From Bilabrum cf. latius (taxonomy: Eukaryota), in contig OZ237738.1 of assembly GCA_965178125.1 (NCBI GenBank), positions 1,240,001 through 1,304,000 of the forward strand: DNA of 64,000 bases. The letters run 5' to 3'. Below, piece after piece: positions 61,636-64,000 of this stretch (positions are counted from its first letter, which is position 1; every line of letters begins with the position of its first letter). The notes below the pieces were generated by a model, which saw only the letters and a list, made by a program, of their open reading frames with translations, did not search any database and was not told where the DNA came from. The position numbers and the translations under genes were made by a program.

Positions 61636-63842
61636 CTGGGCCAGTGGGTGTTCCTTGCGGCGTTCGATGGGCGAACAGCCAAAAGGGGGGCCCAGTGTAG
61701 ATCCCGTGGCCAGTGGCAGGTAGTCCCCATAGCGGCTTGAAAGGTCCGTGCCGCCTGCCCAGTGCCCGGGGAAGCACCAGCCAAAACCAAAGCGCCACGG
61801 AAGGAGGAGATTACGAGGAGCAGGTACTAGGTACGAGAGTGGAAGCTGAGGGCAGGACAAAGCGGCCAGCCGGGCCTAGGCGGCACGGAGACGGCCGTGC
61901 TAGCGACAGACGAGTGGGCGACGGTGGGTAGCGGCGCACGAGTGGCGCGTGGCGGGAGAGGGAGAGTGCTGGGGGAGCGAAGCATTGAGCGGTTGATCGA
62001 CAGATCCACATTACCAACCATCATGATTCAATGGCACCCCTACTGACGAATACAGAGCATCCATGTACAGTGATGTTTGGGCCGATAGTGGTATACTGAT
62101 CGGATCAATTCCGAGTACGAGCTGAGCGAGACCAGCGCTCTCACTTAGGGGAATTCAGAAGAAGATAAAGGAAATAATTTTTACTTTTATAGAATTGTTT
62201 CTTGTCTTGTTGGCCCCATTTCCTTCGGATATGGATGGGGCGGCATCGCGGCGGAGGCCGGGAGGTGAGGGGGGACCAGTAGTTGGCGGACAACAGAGGG
62301 GCCTACAGCTGAAGGGAGGGGTGCCAGGCGGATAAGGTTTACTCAGCGAGACAGGGCGTCTTAGGGGCGGGTAAGTGTGTGTGTGTCACTGCTGCCCGGT
62401 AGTGTGTGTAATATTCTCTTGGGAGGGGGGCGGAGGCAGACCGCTCCTCCTCCCTCCGCACTCAGTACCAGCATGAACCAGCCCTCTTTTCTGTTCATGT
62501 GGACCCCCTGACAACGGGGGGACCACGTGGCACCCACGCAGGATGGCGGCGCAGATTCGGAGGGTACCAACACTCATACCTAGCTACCAACATTTAAGCG
62601 TTGCGGAGGGCAACGGAACGGGGCCAGGGAAGCTGCGTGCGTCTAGCCATCTAGAACACGTGGACGAACTGGTGGTGGCCTTTGCCACCATCCCATTTCA
62701 CCAACCAGATGAGGCTCCGTGGTCGCATCTGGTGCCGATGGCCACTGTTAGCAGGACCGTTGGTGGGTGGCTTGGGGGGCCAGGGACTTGGCTGAGTCAA
62801 GTAGGCGTGGGAGTAGGGGTGGGTGCGGTCAGTATGAGGTCCGTGCCTCATGTTGATCGCTGTAAATCCGGCTATAGGTCGGAAGCAACCCACCCTCCCG
62901 GTTGCAACAGTGGGGACGGGTGTGAGGTGGCCACGCGTGAGGTGGTCATGAGACTGGGAGCAGAGGTGTGGTCCGTGCCGTAAAATCCCCCATGTGGAGC
63001 ACCTCTGTTTTTCTGGAAGCACAAAGAACCGCGTTGCGGGCCCAGGAAACTTCTGTCCTTTGGATGGCTCCGTGGCCGAAGGGGGACAGAGTGACCTGCA
63101 CAGCCGAGAGGAGAGCCTGAATCTCGGATCGACCCTGGGACAGTCGCACCGGCGACACCCACCGAGAGAGCGAGGCGAGATCCTGCACAGCGTACGCTGC
63201 AGTGGAGGACCACTGTGGTGCTGCAAGAGGCACGGCAACGTGCGGACAGCAGCCGGACCCCGTATCCTCACAGAGGGTAAGGCAATGGGAGCCTGAATAG
63301 GAGCGGACCGGGTGACGACTGTGCTGGGGCTGCGGTGAGCATACAGGACCGTGTCGAGCGTGGTGGGCTGGGCGGGATGTGCGAGCGGTGATGCCCTAAC
63401 TCGATCGAGTTCAAGATTTTTTTCTTCTTTTTGCGTGGTGGCGTCCCCTAGGTCGGGGCGGCGTGGGTGTTCCTTGCGGCGTTCGATGGGCGAACAGCCA
63501 AAAGGGGGGCCCAGTGTAGATCCCGTGGCCAGTGGCAGGTAGTCCCCATAGCGGCTTGAAAGGTCCGTGCCGCCTGCCCAGTGCCCGGGGAAGCACCAGC
63601 CAAAACCAAAGCGCCACGGAAGGAGGAGATTACGAGGAGCAGGTACTAGGTACGAGAGTGGAAGCTGAGGGCAGGACAAAGCGGCCAGCCGGGCCTAGGC
63701 GGCACGGAGACGGCCGTGCTAGCGACAGACGAGTGGGCGACGGTGGGTAGCGGCGCACGAGTGGCGCGTGGCGGGAGAGGGAGAGTGCTGGGGGAGCGAA
63801 GCATTGAGCGGTTGATCGACAGATCCACATTACCAACCATCA

Positions 63843-64000
63843 CTCACTTGTTCGGGATGTTCCGCGTGCGCGGCGCCACATGGTTACAACCGCTTAGCAA
63901 GCCGTTCGGGCAGAGCCATTCGGTCGACCATGGCAGCCTCTGGAGCCGGAGAAACTGGTAGCACCGATGCCGCAGCAAAATCCAAGGCAATAAAGATGGC
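63843..64000 (+). repeat. Exact duplicate of host 55056-55213 (IFT27 upstream region and exon 1), running off the window
   Basis: 158-bp identity directly abutting the Ngaro right end. Confidence 0.92.

Larger units (their letters stand above)
55702..63842 (+). mobile_element. Ngaro retrotransposon, A1-ORFs-B1-A2-B2
   Basis: A 151 bp at 55702-55852 and 62028-62178; B 380 bp at 61644-62023 and 63463-63842, ending in CATCA. Confidence 0.92.

Noticed and set aside
62043-62075. Hammerhead-like CTGACGA in Ngaro A repeat (also CTGATGA at 21011)
   Set aside because: No GAAA after a stem II and no matching stems I/III found by eye.

Overview
Protist nuclear DNA that only parses if TAG is read as a sense codon (most likely Gln) while TAA and TGA stay stops. 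The supplied ORF track therefore fragments nearly every gene. About 838-41257 is an AT-rich endogenous virophage (mavirus/EMALE-like; left end outside the window). It carries penton, MCP, GIY-YIG, pPolB, AEP primase-SF2 helicase and accessory genes. Its MCP is split by a second, apparently complete 17.2-kb virophage (2361-19606; ~1-kb TIRs, 5-bp TSD GAAAC; protease, packaging ATPase, penton, MCP, pPolB, SF3 helicase, rve integrase with chromodomain) and by a 0.67-kb GC-rich insert. Its pPolB is split by a 5'-truncated Ngaro-type tyrosine-recombinase retrotransposon (25861-31280). The 3' end of another Ngaro occupies 1-837. To the right lie a pogo-like DDE transposon (~41281-44076), GC-rich host genes (two long unknown ORFs, PHPT1, a UGGT fragment, EMC7, IFT27) and a third Ngaro (55702-63842) inside IFT27, followed by a duplicate of the IFT27 5' region. 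The architecture resembles Cafeteria EMALE/Ngaro loci (inference). All ORF joins and motif calls were made by eye.
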